In this document: positions 1-9,311 of the stretch, piece after piece | Layout of the letters: each line of letters begins with the position of its first letter | Numbering within the stretch: position 1 is the first letter of the stretch | From: a virus | IMG/VR virus record: IMGVR_UViG_3300020129_000672 | Coordinates: 13,211 to 77,210 of that record | Length of the DNA stretch: 64,000 nt | Reading direction: 5' to 3' (one strand) | Notes under the pieces: model-generated | What the model saw: only the letters and a program-made list of their open reading frames with translations | Told to the model about the DNA's origin: nothing | The model's database searches: none | Program-made: the position numbers and the translations under genes

Positions 1-546
1 CTCAAACAAATGGCATTCACCACGTTGATCGCGCGCCACCCACTCAGCCCAATCAGGAAGCTCCAAGCCGGGAGGTAGGGAAATCATCTTGTCCGGCGGT
101 TGTTGCTGACTCCACTCCACGTCTTTTAAGCGCAGCTCGCCCGTCTTCATCCGCTCGATCAACCCTAGCTTGATCAACCGCGCGATTATCAGGTGGACAC
201 TCCGCGGGCTGCGGTAGCCTAGCCTGACCGTCAGATCACGGATCGACGGACTCTTCTTCTCCGTCTGCAGCAACTGCCGCAGCCACCGCAAGACCAGCCG
301 TTCTTTCTGGCTGATCTTCGTCCCGACCGGCAGGTCGATCTCTGGCAGATCGTTCTCTGCCACCTGCTGCTGCTCCTGCCGCACGATCAGCGCCAGATCG
401 GCCCACCGGTAACGCAGGCGAAGGTTGTCCATCATCTGCCTGTCCTGATCCTCCCTCGAGCATTGGAGTTCACCATCGGACAGCCGGGTGAGCGGCGCAT
501 GAATCGCCAGCCAGTCACGCAGGTCGCTAAATCGCCAATCTCTCAT
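1..546 (-). CDS. LexA-type winged-helix DNA-binding protein (3' end runs off window)
   Basis: Not in the ORF track. Manual translation from ATG 546 is open to base 1 and contains ISQKERLVLRWLRQLLQTEKKSPSIRDLTVRLGYRSPRSVHLIIARLIKLGLIER, matching the LexA N-terminal wHTH pattern. No S24 peptidase domain is visible within the window. Confidence 0.75.
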   Translation of the reverse strand, partial: MRDWRFSDLRDWLAIHAPLTRLSDGELQCSREDQDRQMMDNLRLRYRWADLALIVRQEQQQVAENDLPEIDLPVGTKISQKERLVLRWLRQLLQTEKKSPSIRDLTVRLGYRSPRSVHLIIARLIKLGLIERMKTGELRLKDVEWSQQQPPDKMISLPPGLELPDWAEWVARDQRGECHLFE

Positions 547-549
547 CTG

Positions 550-930
550 TTAGAACGGTCCAATGTTGTGCTTCTTCTGGAACGCCAGTTCATTCATCTC
601 GTGAGTTATATGACCGTCCAGCCAGTTGTAATGACCAATCGGTTGATCAGGATCGAGCCGTCCTGTCGCTTCGATCAGACCCTGCACATCCGGCTGTGGC
701 AGTCGCAGGTTCTCTAATTTATCCCACGCTCTGTCTTGGGCGGCCGCCGTTAGTTCTGGATCTTTTACTAACGGTCGGCTCTTGATCTGTCCGCGGTGGA
801 ACCGGTCGGCCAGGAACGTCCGGCAGTTCTGGTTCAACCGCGGGACATCCAGATCGAGCTTAATGGTCGAACCCGTATCGATTCCCCGTCTTATTGCCTC
901 CCGCTGATCGACGTCGAATATGAATTTCAT
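550..930 (-). CDS. hypothetical protein
   Basis: 126-aa ORF; its stop is 3 nt before the next ATG (546); upstream TTGACC-17-GATCTG-7-ATG. Confidence 0.7.
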   Translation of the reverse strand: MKFIFDVDQREAIRRGIDTGSTIKLDLDVPRLNQNCRTFLADRFHRGQIKSRPLVKDPELTAAAQDRAWDKLENLRLPQPDVQGLIEATGRLDPDQPIGHYNWLDGHITHEMNELAFQKKHNIGPF

Positions 931-974
931 CTCCCGTCAGATCGGCCAACCAGCTTGGACGGTCAACGTCCGGC

Positions 975-994
975 CTTTCCTCCCGGGTGGAAAG
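975..994. promoter_or_regulatory. palindromic operator CTTTCC-N8-GGAAAG (copy 1), between divergent promoters
   Basis: ctttcc tcccgggt ggaaag; 7 nt from TTGATC (1002, +) and 8 nt from TTGACC (966, -). Confidence 0.75.
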
Positions 995-1039
995 CACAAG
1001 CTTGATCTACCGCCGGTCAGTCAAATACCTATCAGACTG

Positions 1040-1507
1040 ATGAAACCAATGATGATCATCCCGCCCGACCTGATGAGTGAGACCGACCGCCAGTTGCTGA
1101 ACGACAATGGCATTTGCGTGGTCGTCGCGCAGGATCCTGGCAAGGTTCGGTTTGTCGACCCCCTGCCGGTCGTCAGCAGCCGCAGTCAGATCGAACAGGC
1201 GGCCATCCAGCTGTCACGGAAATTACTAAATCGAAAGGTGTTTAATACCGACTGGAGCGGCGAGAAGGAAGTTAGCTGGATTATTGCTCAAGCGTTCGCT
1301 CAATTATTGACCATCGGTACGCCTCTCTCAGGCGAACCAACCCAAGCTGAATTGGAACAAAAAGTGTATGACGAAACAAAGTTGCAGGAAATGCGGGTGC
1401 TGGCCAAGGAAGACGCACGGGCTGATCACCTTCGTCAGAAGACACTGGCGGCCGAGGCAGTTAAATCACAGGTTAAGAAACTAACTCGAGAAGGAACTGG
1501 TCGATGA
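1040..1507 (+). CDS. hypothetical protein
   Basis: Track ORF 920..1507; start moved to ATG 1040, downstream of the operator and -35; ATGA overlap with the next gene. Confidence 0.65.
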   Translation: MKPMMIIPPDLMSETDRQLLNDNGICVVVAQDPGKVRFVDPLPVVSSRSQIEQAAIQLSRKLLNRKVFNTDWSGEKEVSWIIAQAFAQLLTIGTPLSGEPTQAELEQKVYDETKLQEMRVLAKEDARADHLRQKTLAAEAVKSQVKKLTREGTGR

Positions 1508-1998
1508 ATACCCTGCCACCGACAGAGCCTGATAGGTGGAGTTGGAAAATGCAGTACTGCAAAGACCGCGGAGTTCCACCGGCCAATCCTGCCATCTGGG
1601 AAGAGGCAGAACGAGCATGGCTTGCTAGAACAGCTCCGGCGGCAGATCCGCCTTCAACCTGCCGCACCTGCCGGCCTCAACCGATCGCCCAGCCGGTCAA
1701 GCCACTGACCGACCGGATCAACCTCTACCTGCGAAATCTCTCACCCCACATGCGCGGCCGCCTGGGCGTCCTGCTACTCGACGAGGCGGAGAGTCGGCTG
1801 AAGAACTTGGAGGAGACGGAGCGGCGGTATCAGGAGCTGATCATGCTGGTTGGTCAGAAGGTGGAGGGCGAGACGCGGCACCAGACGGCCGCGCGGTATA
1901 TCACTCAGGCGGAAACTATTTCTTCTGCTGATCAATCAGCCATATCTCCCCACCGGCCAACCATCCCAAAAACCACCGATCCCGTTCCACCGTCTTAG
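1504..1998 (+). CDS. hypothetical protein
   Basis: 164-aa ORF coupled to the upstream gene. Confidence 0.6.
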   Translation: MNTLPPTEPDRWSWKMQYCKDRGVPPANPAIWEEAERAWLARTAPAADPPSTCRTCRPQPIAQPVKPLTDRINLYLRNLSPHMRGRLGVLLLDEAESRLKNLEETERRYQELIMLVGQKVEGETRHQTAARYITQAETISSADQSAISPHRPTIPKTTDPVPPS

Positions 1999-2107
1999 GG
2001 TAATATGGATTATCATCTGACGTCAGGTTATTGCTACGGCCGGCGTCGAATCCTTCTTGATAGATCTCGCGCAACCGTCTTCGACTTGTACTAAGTCGTC
2101 GCTTCAT
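1916..2107 (-). CDS. Rmf/CrpP-fold-like small protein
   Basis: YQEGFDAG...NPY...RWFLGWLAG resembles the ribosome modulation factor pattern (G..AG...CPY...W..GW); coupled to the upstream ORF. Confidence 0.5.
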   Translation of the reverse strand: MKRRLSTSRRRLREIYQEGFDAGRSNNLTSDDNPYYPKTVERDRWFLGWLAGGEIWLIDQQKK

Positions 2108-2295
2108 CAGCCAACGTATGGCTTTAACGCCTCGGGCCCGAACGTCGCGTCGTTATATTCCTGGTCGGGCGTGAACCAACAGCAGTCGACTCGGTACCGG
2201 TCTTCCTCCGGATCGTGCCACACGAGGTCGACCGTCAGTGGCGGCCCACCGCTCTTGAGCTGCACGATGTCACCGGCCTTGAATTGATTGCTCAT
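2107..2295 (-). CDS. YodC/DUF2158 family protein
   Basis: FKAGDIVQLKSGGPPLTV...CCWF...FGPEAL; promoter TGGCAT-17-AATGAT-7-ATG(2295). Confidence 0.8.
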   Translation of the reverse strand: MSNQFKAGDIVQLKSGGPPLTVDLVWHDPEEDRYRVDCCWFTPDQEYNDATFGPEALKPYVG

Positions 2296-2338
2296 CCTGG
2301 CAATCATTGATCGCCATCATCGTCCATGCCAGTTCCAG

Positions 2339-2358
2339 CTTTCCATCCGGCTGGAAAG
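2339..2358. promoter_or_regulatory. palindromic operator (copy 2), between divergent promoters
   Basis: ctttcc atccggct ggaaag; exactly 7 nt from a -35 hexamer on each strand. Confidence 0.8.
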
Positions 2359-2402
2359 CCCGGGCTTGATCAGCCTCGATCACTACCACAACAGTGCGGC
2401 TG

Positions 2403-3173
2403 ATGACGATCAGCGAACTCCTTCCGCCCTTCCGGCCCTACCGGCTGCAGGACGATCAGACCAGGCGCCAGGCCCACCACGATCTGCAACAGCTGGCGGC
2501 CCAGGCCGATCTCCAACAGCTGACCCTCCCGGCCGACCTGCACGACCGCCTGGTCAGGCTGTGGATCCGCTTCACACCAGAGGCGGAAGAACAGCAGGTA
2601 CTGGCCGACCTGATGGACTGGCTGGAGCAGGCGCTGCGGAATTATCAACCGGCGGTTCATCCAGCCACACCAGCGGCCGCTCCGCGCGACCAGAATGAAC
2701 AGGAAGAAATATTATTGGCCGCTGAATTAACTGAAGTATGGAATCGGGCTCTTCGTGAGTCTAGTACTCTCACTCCATGTCCTTTTGGCGGTAATGACGA
2801 TCAGGCCTGGCTGGCGGTCGCCCGGACGGTCTTGAAGCGCGAGCATAATCAGGTGTTCGCACTGAAACTCGAAGACATTTACGAAACGGGTAATGACCGA
2901 CAGTCGGGTGTTCGAATGATTGCCATAGAGCGCGCACGTCAGATCGAACAGGAGGGCCATACGGAAGAGAGGGATGACCAATACGATCATCAGCAATTAA
3001 CCAATGCAGCAATTGCTTATGCCAGATCAAACTTAGCCGGACAAGGTATTGGTCAGGCCCATTGGCCATGGCAGCCATCGACGTTCAAGCCAACCACTTC
3101 GATTCGCAACCTTGTTAAGGCCGGAGCGTTGCTGGCGGCTGAGATCGATCGGCTTCAACGATTAGCCAAATGA
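2403..3173 (+). CDS. conserved phage protein (C-terminal ERxRQxxxEG...WPW...RNLVKAGALLAAEIDRL domain)
   Basis: The C-terminal motif is common in phage early genes; TTGATC-18-AACAGT-7-ATG. Confidence 0.75.
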   Translation: MTISELLPPFRPYRLQDDQTRRQAHHDLQQLAAQADLQQLTLPADLHDRLVRLWIRFTPEAEEQQVLADLMDWLEQALRNYQPAVHPATPAAAPRDQNEQEEILLAAELTEVWNRALRESSTLTPCPFGGNDDQAWLAVARTVLKREHNQVFALKLEDIYETGNDRQSGVRMIAIERARQIEQEGHTEERDDQYDHQQLTNAAIAYARSNLAGQGIGQAHWPWQPSTFKPTTSIRNLVKAGALLAAEIDRLQRLAK

Positions 3174-3562
3174 GCAACCACCGGCACGCTTATGGCTGGT
3201 CGGGCCATATCATCACTTCGACCGATGAGACTGACAGCAACCAACACCATAACCTGGTGGCCGTCCCGCCCGATCTGTTCAAGGCTCTGGCTGACGCCTA
3301 CTATGAGGACACGCTGGACGACCGGGTGGAGGTCAAACAGCTGGGGGTTACTAATAGCGACACAATCTTCCTCGCCTGCGGATCTTCCTTCAGTGATGGG
3401 TTTACCTACTACGGAACGGTCTTTCAAGAAGCCGAATCCCGGTCAGCTCCGGGCCCTCAATCGGTAGATCATGACACTGAATACCTCAAGGCGATGAAAG
3501 ACGTGTATGGGATTGATCTTCCGCCCTGTCAGTTGATGATCGGTTGTTCGTCTGAACATTAA
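3170..3562 (+). CDS. hypothetical protein
   Basis: 130 aa; ATGA overlap. Confidence 0.65.
   Translation: MSNHRHAYGWSGHIITSTDETDSNQHHNLVAVPPDLFKALADAYYEDTLDDRVEVKQLGVTNSDTIFLACGSSFSDGFTYYGTVFQEAESRSAPGPQSVDHDTEYLKAMKDVYGIDLPPCQLMIGCSSEH
3545..3558. promoter_or_regulatory. possible Verrucomicrobia-type SOS box
   Basis: TGTTC-GTCT-GAACA, 8 nt upstream of ATG 3567; only one copy noticed. Confidence 0.35.
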
Positions 3563-3566
3563 TTAG

Positions 3567-3818
3567 ATGATTAATATGAAGAACGATATCAAGATCGAAC
3601 ATCATTCCAGACAAGTAATCGAGAATCGCTTGTTGACCGCGCTTGAAGAAGACGACAGCAAGGTCGCCATCCTCTGTAACCGGGAAGATCTGGAGCTCAT
3701 CATCTCCGGCCTGGTCTCTCTTCGTGGGCAATCAAATTGTCGACCGATCGACCGGCAGAAGGCCGATGAGTTTGTTAGAAACCTCGACCGCCTGCTGGTT
3801 GGAGCCTTTCAACGATGA
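3567..3818 (+). CDS. hypothetical protein
   Basis: 83 aa, in operon. Confidence 0.6.
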   Translation: MINMKNDIKIEHHSRQVIENRLLTALEEDDSKVAILCNREDLELIISGLVSLRGQSNCRPIDRQKADEFVRNLDRLLVGAFQR

Positions 3819-4063
3819 GCGAAGATCAGGAATTGCAAGACGCACTTGAGCTGTTGAAAAAAGCAGCCCGATCGTTGGGTGAGCATTTTGATTCTGTTCA
3901 GATCTATTGTACCCGTCACATTCCGGACGAAGGAGCAGAGTCATTTAACTTTGGAATCGGTAATTGGTATGCCCGGTACGGTCAGGTCGCTGAGTGGATG
4001 ATCAAGCAGGATGAAGATGCGCGGCTGCGGGTGAGGAAGGACGATCAGGAGGAGGAAGATTAA
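3815..4063 (+). CDS. hypothetical protein
   Basis: 82 aa; ATGA overlap; GIGNWYARYGQV motif. Confidence 0.65.
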   Translation: MSEDQELQDALELLKKAARSLGEHFDSVQIYCTRHIPDEGAESFNFGIGNWYARYGQVAEWMIKQDEDARLRVRKDDQEEED

Positions 4064-4064
4064 T

Positions 4065-4280
4065 ATGACGGACCAACGTCGCCAAGAGTTGTTCCGCGAA
4101 TCGATGTACTGGCGATCGTGCCAGACCGACCTGCTGACCAAACAGGGTTGGATCCGGCTGGAAGAAGGGGAGTCACTCTACGCCCCCTACCTCTGGCGTG
4201 ATCCAACGACCGGCCTGATGTTTGGGCTTGAGCAGGCGTTCGAGATTGAGCTTCAACGCGCGGTTCAATTGGCTGGGTAA
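4065..4280 (+). CDS. hypothetical protein
   Basis: 71 aa, directly after the previous stop. Confidence 0.55.
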   Translation: MTDQRRQELFRESMYWRSCQTDLLTKQGWIRLEEGESLYAPYLWRDPTTGLMFGLEQAFEIELQRAVQLAG

Positions 4281-4326
4281 TCCACCCCCGTTGACCACCC
4301 GACCCTTCGGGCTTAACTTGGAGCTG

Positions 4327-4710
4327 ATGCAAAAACTTGTGCTCCGACTCTTACGTCAAGCGGCGATCGATCGTCGAATATTGATGGACCTGTTGGAGCG
4401 CGAGCATCATGAACGAAAGAAAATTATGAGTGCACTGACTAACCTTACCGAATCCATCTCCGCCCTTTCGACCTCGGTCGATAACGCGGTGGCCGCCTTG
4501 GCCGCCCAACCGTCAAACGATCCGGCGATCCAGGCGGCGGCCGACCAGGTGACGGCCCTGACCGCCCAGTTGGACGCCGCGGTCAACCCGCCGGTCGTCA
4601 CCCCGCCCCAACCGCCGGTCGTGCCCCAACAGTCGCCACGCACCCCCGCGCCGGCCCCCCGGTCGGTACTTGGCCAGGGCCATCCTCGGCCGATGAGCAA
4701 CCGCCGCTAA
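4327..4710 (+). CDS. coiled-coil/Pro-rich hypothetical protein
   Basis: TTGACC-17-TAACTT-7-ATG(4327); Ala/Leu heptads followed by a Pro-rich tail. Confidence 0.6.
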   Translation: MQKLVLRLLRQAAIDRRILMDLLEREHHERKKIMSALTNLTESISALSTSVDNAVAALAAQPSNDPAIQAAADQVTALTAQLDAAVNPPVVTPPQPPVVPQQSPRTPAPAPRSVLGQGHPRPMSNRR

Positions 4711-4747
4711 ATTGACGACCGGGCTTTCACCGGCGACCATCGGTCCC

Positions 4748-5365
4748 GTGAAAGCCCTTCCCCTGCTGTTCCTCGTCGTCATCTGCCTGCTCGCCCGACC
4801 GGACGGCCTGAACCATCATGGAGCCCTCTGGCAGCCTCGTACAGCCTCGATTCCGCAGGAGACCACCAACTGGGCGGTCCTGACCGGTTGCACGCTCATA
4901 TCGAACAGGAGCAACGACGGAGATAGCTTTCACGTCAGAGCTCAAGGAACCGACCGGATGTTCAGGCTGATCGGCGTTGATACGCTGGAGACCGATTGGC
5001 GATACCCCCAGCGTGACCTCGAGCAGGCCGCACATTTCCGGATCAGCACCAATCTGGTCGTCCAGTACGGTCGGCAGGCGCAGCAGCTCACAAGGAACCT
5101 GCTAAGCAGCGGCACCTTCACCGTCTACACCCGGTGGGCTGATGCACTGGGCGCCGGCCGACAACCGCGGTACCAAGCTTGGGTTGTTCTGGCCGACCGA
5201 CGGGAACTGGGGGACGTCCTTCTTCAATCTGGTCTTGCCCGTGCACATGGCTACCGAGCGGACAATCCACTAACTCATCAGTCGGCCGCGGATGAGCAAC
5301 TAAAATTGCTCGGTCTGGAGCGCCGAGCGATGACCAACCACGTTGGAATATGGAAAATAAATTAA
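4748..5365 (+). CDS. exported thermonuclease (SNase family)
   Basis: Hydrophobic N-terminus; DGDSF, RLIGVDTLE, LLQSGLARA, A..NHVGIW; TTGACG-17-GACCAT-7-GTG. Confidence 0.85.
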   Translation: MKALPLLFLVVICLLARPDGLNHHGALWQPRTASIPQETTNWAVLTGCTLISNRSNDGDSFHVRAQGTDRMFRLIGVDTLETDWRYPQRDLEQAAHFRISTNLVVQYGRQAQQLTRNLLSSGTFTVYTRWADALGAGRQPRYQAWVVLADRRELGDVLLQSGLARAHGYRADNPLTHQSAADEQLKLLGLERRAMTNHVGIWKIN

Positions 5366-6114
5366 TCTGCTGCACGCCCAAGAGCCTGCACCCGTCAGTT
5401 CAAATCGCGGCCGCCACCCGGGCGATCGAGGTCAACCCGGTTAACGCCAACCTCGGCCTGGCGCTGACCCTTCCACCGATGCATCTGGCGCTCTTGACCG
5501 GCCGACTCTGGCCGTCAACGGGCGTTCGTCTCACCGTCTCGTTCTTGGACAACCCGGAGGCGGCACTTAGGAGCAGGATCCTGCTGCACATGAATGCCTG
5601 GAACAAGACGGCGAACATCGAGTTTACTGAGACGGCCAAGGATGGTCAGGTTCGGATCGCCCGGACGGTCGGTGAAGGCTATTGGAGTTACATCGGGACC
5701 GACATCTTGCACGTGCCGCTGACCGAACAGACGATGAACCTCGAGGCGTTCACCATGCAGACGCCTGATAGCGAATTTCATCGGGTGGTCAGGCATGAAA
5801 CTGGCCATACTTTGGCGGCTGAGCATGAACATCTTCGACGAGAGTTCGTGAAGTTGATAGACCGAACGAAGGCTATTAAATACTTCATGCGGACCCAAGG
5901 ATGGACGCGCGCGGACGTCCTATCTCAGGTGCTGACTCCCCTGGAAGACAAGCAACTGACAGCCACACCGATGGCCGATCAGCAATCGATAATGTGTTAC
6001 CAAATTCCGGGCGCGATCACCCGATCGGGCAAGCCCATCATCGGCGGCCTCGACATCGACGACCAGGATTACGCGCTGATGGGCCGGATCTACCCAAAGA
6101 CGGTTTCTACCTGA
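5350..6114 (+). CDS. astacin/M12A-like zinc metallopeptidase
   Basis: HETGHTLAAEHEH zinc motif, WSYIGTD, SIMCY Met-turn. Confidence 0.85.
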   Translation: MENKLICCTPKSLHPSVQIAAATRAIEVNPVNANLGLALTLPPMHLALLTGRLWPSTGVRLTVSFLDNPEAALRSRILLHMNAWNKTANIEFTETAKDGQVRIARTVGEGYWSYIGTDILHVPLTEQTMNLEAFTMQTPDSEFHRVVRHETGHTLAAEHEHLRREFVKLIDRTKAIKYFMRTQGWTRADVLSQVLTPLEDKQLTATPMADQQSIMCYQIPGAITRSGKPIIGGLDIDDQDYALMGRIYPKTVST

Positions 6115-6122
6115 TTGGAAAG
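6103..6122. promoter_or_regulatory. palindromic operator (copy 3)
   Basis: gtttct acctgatt ggaaag, then 7 nt, then TTGTTC-17-GACCGT-7-ATG(6166). Confidence 0.7.
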
Positions 6123-6165
6123 CTAAGGCTTGTTCTAACAAGTCAATTGGTCGACCGTCGCCTGG

Positions 6166-6603
6166 ATGAGAGAATCAATTCAGGACGTTGCCCGCCAGTA
6201 CGCCCGGACGTTCACCATCATCCAGCACGCTCCGCGGTTGCCCTCCGCGGAGGAGTTTGCGCGGGCGAAAGAACTGACGGCGGCTGATCAGCAGGCGCTC
6301 GACCGGGCGAAGCTCAGGCGCCAACAGCGGGCGGACCGAAAGGCCGCTCAGGTTGAACGTGCAATTGATGGATTAATTAAGATGGTGACGCTCAGGTGGA
6401 AATGCCAATGCGCCTATGGTGCTCCGTATTGGCAGACGCTTGATATTTTTGAGAGCGATGAATGTGGCGCAGAGATTGAAACCGAGGAACATCCTGATGA
6501 AGTGGATCAACAACTTTGTTCCGTCGAATGCTCTCGGTGTCACAACATACTTAATCAGCATGACGACAGTCCAGAGATCGTTAAACCAAAAGGAAGCCAA
6601 TGA
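6166..6603 (+). CDS. hypothetical protein with possible C-terminal zinc ribbon
   Basis: CxC...ECG...ECSRC. Confidence 0.65.
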   Translation: MRESIQDVARQYARTFTIIQHAPRLPSAEEFARAKELTAADQQALDRAKLRRQQRADRKAAQVERAIDGLIKMVTLRWKCQCAYGAPYWQTLDIFESDECGAEIETEEHPDEVDQQLCSVECSRCHNILNQHDDSPEIVKPKGSQ

Positions 6604-7133
6604 AATCAGAACAGGTGGTTAAAGAGCTGGCGTACGGGACGGCCGTCATGCTGATCGTTCTGTTTGGCGCGGCGATCATTGTTCAGTTCCTGCCTAATCC
6701 AGCGCGCGAGACCGGGCAGGCTCGGGTGGTGGAGGGCAGAACGAACATCCTGCAGTGGACCAATAATGTCCCGGTTGTGGTGGGCAGTAATATCTATAAC
6801 CGTGATGATCTGCTTATCAAAATCACTCCGAAGTTCAAACTGTTCGTCACTGATCAATCGGCCACCAATGAGCATTTTGTTAACTCTTGGATGGCCATTC
6901 AGAACGGCGCCACCAATTGGTTTTTGGCCGAAGAGTTTTGGCTGGAGACCGCGCTGGTGACCCGGACCATCACACTCGACCTTGGGCTAGGTCAGATCGA
7001 GATCGACCGAACACACCTTAACCGGACTGAATGTCCGTTAAACAGCGAGACACGCTTGATCTACCTCACGGACTACACGAACTTGGTGATCCAACTTCCG
7101 GATGGAAGTCAGCTAACTATCTCAAAACAATGA
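6600..7133 (+). CDS. membrane-anchored Thr/Asn-rich protein
   Basis: N-terminal TM helix; repeated TN dipeptides. Confidence 0.7.
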   Translation: MKSEQVVKELAYGTAVMLIVLFGAAIIVQFLPNPARETGQARVVEGRTNILQWTNNVPVVVGSNIYNRDDLLIKITPKFKLFVTDQSATNEHFVNSWMAIQNGATNWFLAEEFWLETALVTRTITLDLGLGQIEIDRTHLNRTECPLNSETRLIYLTDYTNLVIQLPDGSQLTISKQ

Positions 7134-7855
7134 AACCATCGAGCGTCTTAAACTCCCTGCTCACCATTAGCGGCATATCGCTCATAAGTTTCGGTCTTGG
7201 ATCGCTCACCGTCTCAGTCATGGACGCATATCATGAGGTCCACCGAAACAGAATGAATGCCTGGCTATCGTTATCACAGTCGAACGCTCTTCCATCCGCC
7301 CATACCGAGACTCAGATCGTCCGGTTCGAGCCACCAACCAACCTCCTAACACCTACGATTGATCCGTACACCAACAGTTTACTTCCAACCCCGCCACCGG
7401 CCTTCACCTTCGACCCTCGGCAGCAGACGCTCGATGACGTGCAAGACTGGTATGTCATAGTGATCGATCCAACGACCGGCCAGGTAATGCATGTCTTGCG
7501 CGATCTCCCGACCGGCCGGCTGATCATCGCCGATATCGACCAGAACGGGGGGAGCACCAATATGCCCGAATATGTGACGGTCCGCGAGTTCAGGTCGACC
7601 AACGTCCAGGCGGCGGTCAAACCCCTGACGGTCCAACCACTGGTCGTTCTCCGCCGGGAGGTGGTGACCAACCGGATTGCCGCCCATACCGAGAGATCAC
7701 CGCCGGTCAAAGAGGTGTGGGAAGGTCTAGAATTCTGGATCCAACACGCTGATACCCTGCTTGTCCCGGCCCAAAACGAGGTAGTCACCAACTGGGTGAT
7801 CGGCCTGCTGGTTGACGGCCGGCCGATCGAGCTCCAAACCTTGGTCCAGAAATGA
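7130..7855 (+). CDS. membrane-anchored Thr/Asn-rich protein
   Basis: ATGA-coupled start at 7130; TM helix; VVTN repeats. Confidence 0.7.
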   Translation: MKPSSVLNSLLTISGISLISFGLGSLTVSVMDAYHEVHRNRMNAWLSLSQSNALPSAHTETQIVRFEPPTNLLTPTIDPYTNSLLPTPPPAFTFDPRQQTLDDVQDWYVIVIDPTTGQVMHVLRDLPTGRLIIADIDQNGGSTNMPEYVTVREFRSTNVQAAVKPLTVQPLVVLRREVVTNRIAAHTERSPPVKEVWEGLEFWIQHADTLLVPAQNEVVTNWVIGLLVDGRPIELQTLVQK

Positions 7856-8169
7856 ACCTGACACTCGACGTCATCCTCTGGCAGGAACACCGGCGGACCG
7901 GCCCTATCATTCTCGCCCAGGGCCTGCAGTACGACCTATCGGCCTCAGGGCCGACCCTGCCGGCCGTCCAACAGGCGTTTGCCCAGCAGGTGTTCAAGCA
8001 ACTGGCGTTCGACCATATGCTGGGACAGCCGGCCTTCTGGGATACCGCCCAGGCTGCCCCCAGATACTGGCATATGCTGCGCGACTGTCCGGCCCGGTGG
8101 CAGCTGACGATCGTTCCCCCACCCGAAGATTCCACGGGAGAGGAAAGTTGGAAGACCGAAGCTGGTTGA
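7852..8169 (+). CDS. HicB-like fold protein (no toxin partner seen)
   Basis: ILAQGLQYDLSASGPTLPAVQQAF resembles the HicB N-terminal pattern. Confidence 0.45.
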   Translation: MNLTLDVILWQEHRRTGPIILAQGLQYDLSASGPTLPAVQQAFAQQVFKQLAFDHMLGQPAFWDTAQAAPRYWHMLRDCPARWQLTIVPPPEDSTGEESWKTEAG

Positions 8170-8199
8170 CCGCCCTCTTGACCGTCCGAAGATCAGCCG

Positions 8200-8418
8200 G
8201 TGATTCAACTCTTATACCGACAGTTCGTGATCAGGATTCAGCCGGTGCATGGCGGATTCGACTGGTTCGCCTACTCGATGGCCGCCAGCCCGGTGTCTGT
8301 CACCTTCAACTACAACGGGGCGGCGAAGAACCCACCGTTTGGCACCCAGCAACAGGCGGAACGGGCGGCCCAGTATGTGATCGATCAGTGGATTCGGCCG
8401 GTCGGAACTGCCAGCTGA
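8200..8418 (+). CDS. hypothetical protein
   Basis: TTGACC-16-GAAGAT-6-GTG. Confidence 0.55.
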   Translation: MIQLLYRQFVIRIQPVHGGFDWFAYSMAASPVSVTFNYNGAAKNPPFGTQQQAERAAQYVIDQWIRPVGTAS

Positions 8419-8767
8419 CGACCGTCCAGCCGGGGTAAGTCTGCTGGATCCGGCCGTCCACACGGGTCTTCAGCCGTGGATCGTCCGCCCGGCCTTTGAA
8501 ATGCAGATGACCCGTCCGCCGGTCTTGGAGGCGAACCACCACGTAGTCGACGACCAGCCACTGCTTTTTAGGCCGCTGGCTGACCGTCTGGGGCGTTTGT
8601 CTTGGCTGGTCCTCCCAAGGTCGCCACTCGGCAATCAACTTCATCTGGCGGTGGCTTAGCGATGGATTGGCCAACCGGCAGGTCAGACCATCGTGAAACC
8701 GCACTTCGACCGCCCCCTGGTGTTTCCAGAACGGCCGGTCCGGCTGATTCTTCTGCCAGGCATGCAT
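8306..8767 (-). CDS. hypothetical protein
   Basis: TTGACC-17-GACGAT-6-ATG on the minus strand; 3' end overlaps the convergent gene. Confidence 0.55.
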   Translation of the reverse strand: MHAWQKNQPDRPFWKHQGAVEVRFHDGLTCRLANPSLSHRQMKLIAEWRPWEDQPRQTPQTVSQRPKKQWLVVDYVVVRLQDRRTGHLHFKGRADDPRLKTRVDGRIQQTYPGWTVVSWQFRPAESTDRSHTGPPVPPVAGCQTVGSSPPRCS

Positions 8768-8803
8768 CGGCAGATCGTCAGGGCTGGCCGATGGTGGGTC
8801 AAC

Positions 8804-8823
8804 CTTTCCACCCGGATGGAAAG
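8804..8823. promoter_or_regulatory. palindromic operator (copy 4), between divergent genes
   Basis: ctttcc acccggat ggaaag. Confidence 0.75.
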
Positions 8824-8865
8824 AACGGGCTGGCGGTCAAAACCCAAAAGGCAGACAACTCTGGG

Positions 8866-9282
8866 GTGAATAATATTGAACCGGCAGCAATCGGGCGACT
8901 GGCCGCAGAATCGGTATCGCATATCAATGATCCGTCGGAGCTGCGAAAGATCATCGGCCAACAAGCTGAATCTTTGAGTAATTATATTCGTGAACTAACG
9001 GAGATCAAAAAGCAGCCGCTGATCACGCCGGATAATAAGCAACAAATAGCCGATCAACTTCAACTAGAACTCCATCAAGATTTTTGTCTGCGAGTTGGCC
9101 AAGCATTGATCGATGGAGTTAATGGGATTGATATTCTGCGTTTCAAGGAAGCCTACGAAGGATATGATGAATTGCGTGAACAGCAGGAATGCCTGGTCGG
9201 CCGACGGATGATCGTAATTGAATCGATAGCGGAGGCTCGTAATCGAGATTGCGCTCCGGCTCAAAAAGAGCCACCCTTCTGA
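8866..9282 (+). CDS. hypothetical protein
   Basis: Track ORF 8602..9282; likely start GTG 8866, downstream of the operator. Confidence 0.55.
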   Translation: MNNIEPAAIGRLAAESVSHINDPSELRKIIGQQAESLSNYIRELTEIKKQPLITPDNKQQIADQLQLELHQDFCLRVGQALIDGVNGIDILRFKEAYEGYDELREQQECLVGRRMIVIESIAEARNRDCAPAQKEPPF

Positions 9283-9311
9283 TCAGCCCGCAGGAAGCTG
9301 TAGAATTTAAG

